Source: Camelus dromedarius
Lineage: Eukaryota
DNA: 64,000 nt
NCBI RefSeq assembly: GCF_036321535.1
Contig: NC_087436.1
Span: forward strand, 31,684,001 to 31,748,000
Reading direction: 5' to 3'
Below, piece by piece: positions 63,926 to 64,000 of this stretch. Below the pieces are notes generated by a model. That model had not been told where the DNA came from and ran no database searches. It was given only the letters and a program-made list of their open reading frames with translations. Made by a program: the position numbers and the translations under genes. Position 1 is the stretch's first letter. Every line of letters starts with the position of its first letter.

Positions 63926-64000
63926 TTTTTTTTTTAGTTAAAGCATACTTGATGTACAATATTATGTTATAGGTGTACAATATAGTGATTCAAAAATTTT
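63926..64000 (-). mobile_element. 3' end of an L1 running off the window
   Basis: Poly(T) then tgtacaatattat...ggtgtacaatatagtgattc, closely similar to the L1 3' end at ~12015-12080. Confidence 0.8.

Noticed and set aside
60100..64000. 3' end of the neighbouring gene (JADE1 expected on the opposite strand by synteny)
   Set aside because: No recognisable coding exon; the region is mostly CR1/MIR/L1, so it cannot be supported from this window.
1..64000. CRISPR arrays, operons or other prokaryote-type systems
   Set aside because: The sequence is mammalian intronic DNA; no regularly spaced repeat-spacer array or long uninterrupted ORF is present.

Overview
AT-rich, repeat-dense mammalian genomic DNA, most likely a camelid (two copies of a tRNA-derived SINE resembling the camelid Vic-1 type). 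The window holds the last six coding exons of SCLT1 (sodium channel and clathrin linker 1, a centriole distal-appendage coiled-coil protein) on the + strand: 764-909, 4309-4501, 10683-10879, 51620-51698, 54171-54266 and 57866-57928. All introns are GT-AG, the phases join into one open frame, and one intron spans about 40.7 kb. The rest is mostly decayed L1, L2, CR1/L3, MIR, MaLR/ERVL LTRs, hAT/Tigger DNA transposons and microsatellites, and almost all ORFs in the supplied track are spurious or repeat-derived. I see no evidence for a new gene system. The most interesting items are structural: a TSD-flanked L1 that keeps both ends but has two large internal deletions, an exact 37-bp templated copy between two old L1 relics, a hairpin-bearing MER136-like element, and a stacked 3' splice-site array with a possible in-frame 18-nt microexon. 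Repeat family names come from recall of consensus sequences, not from a database search.
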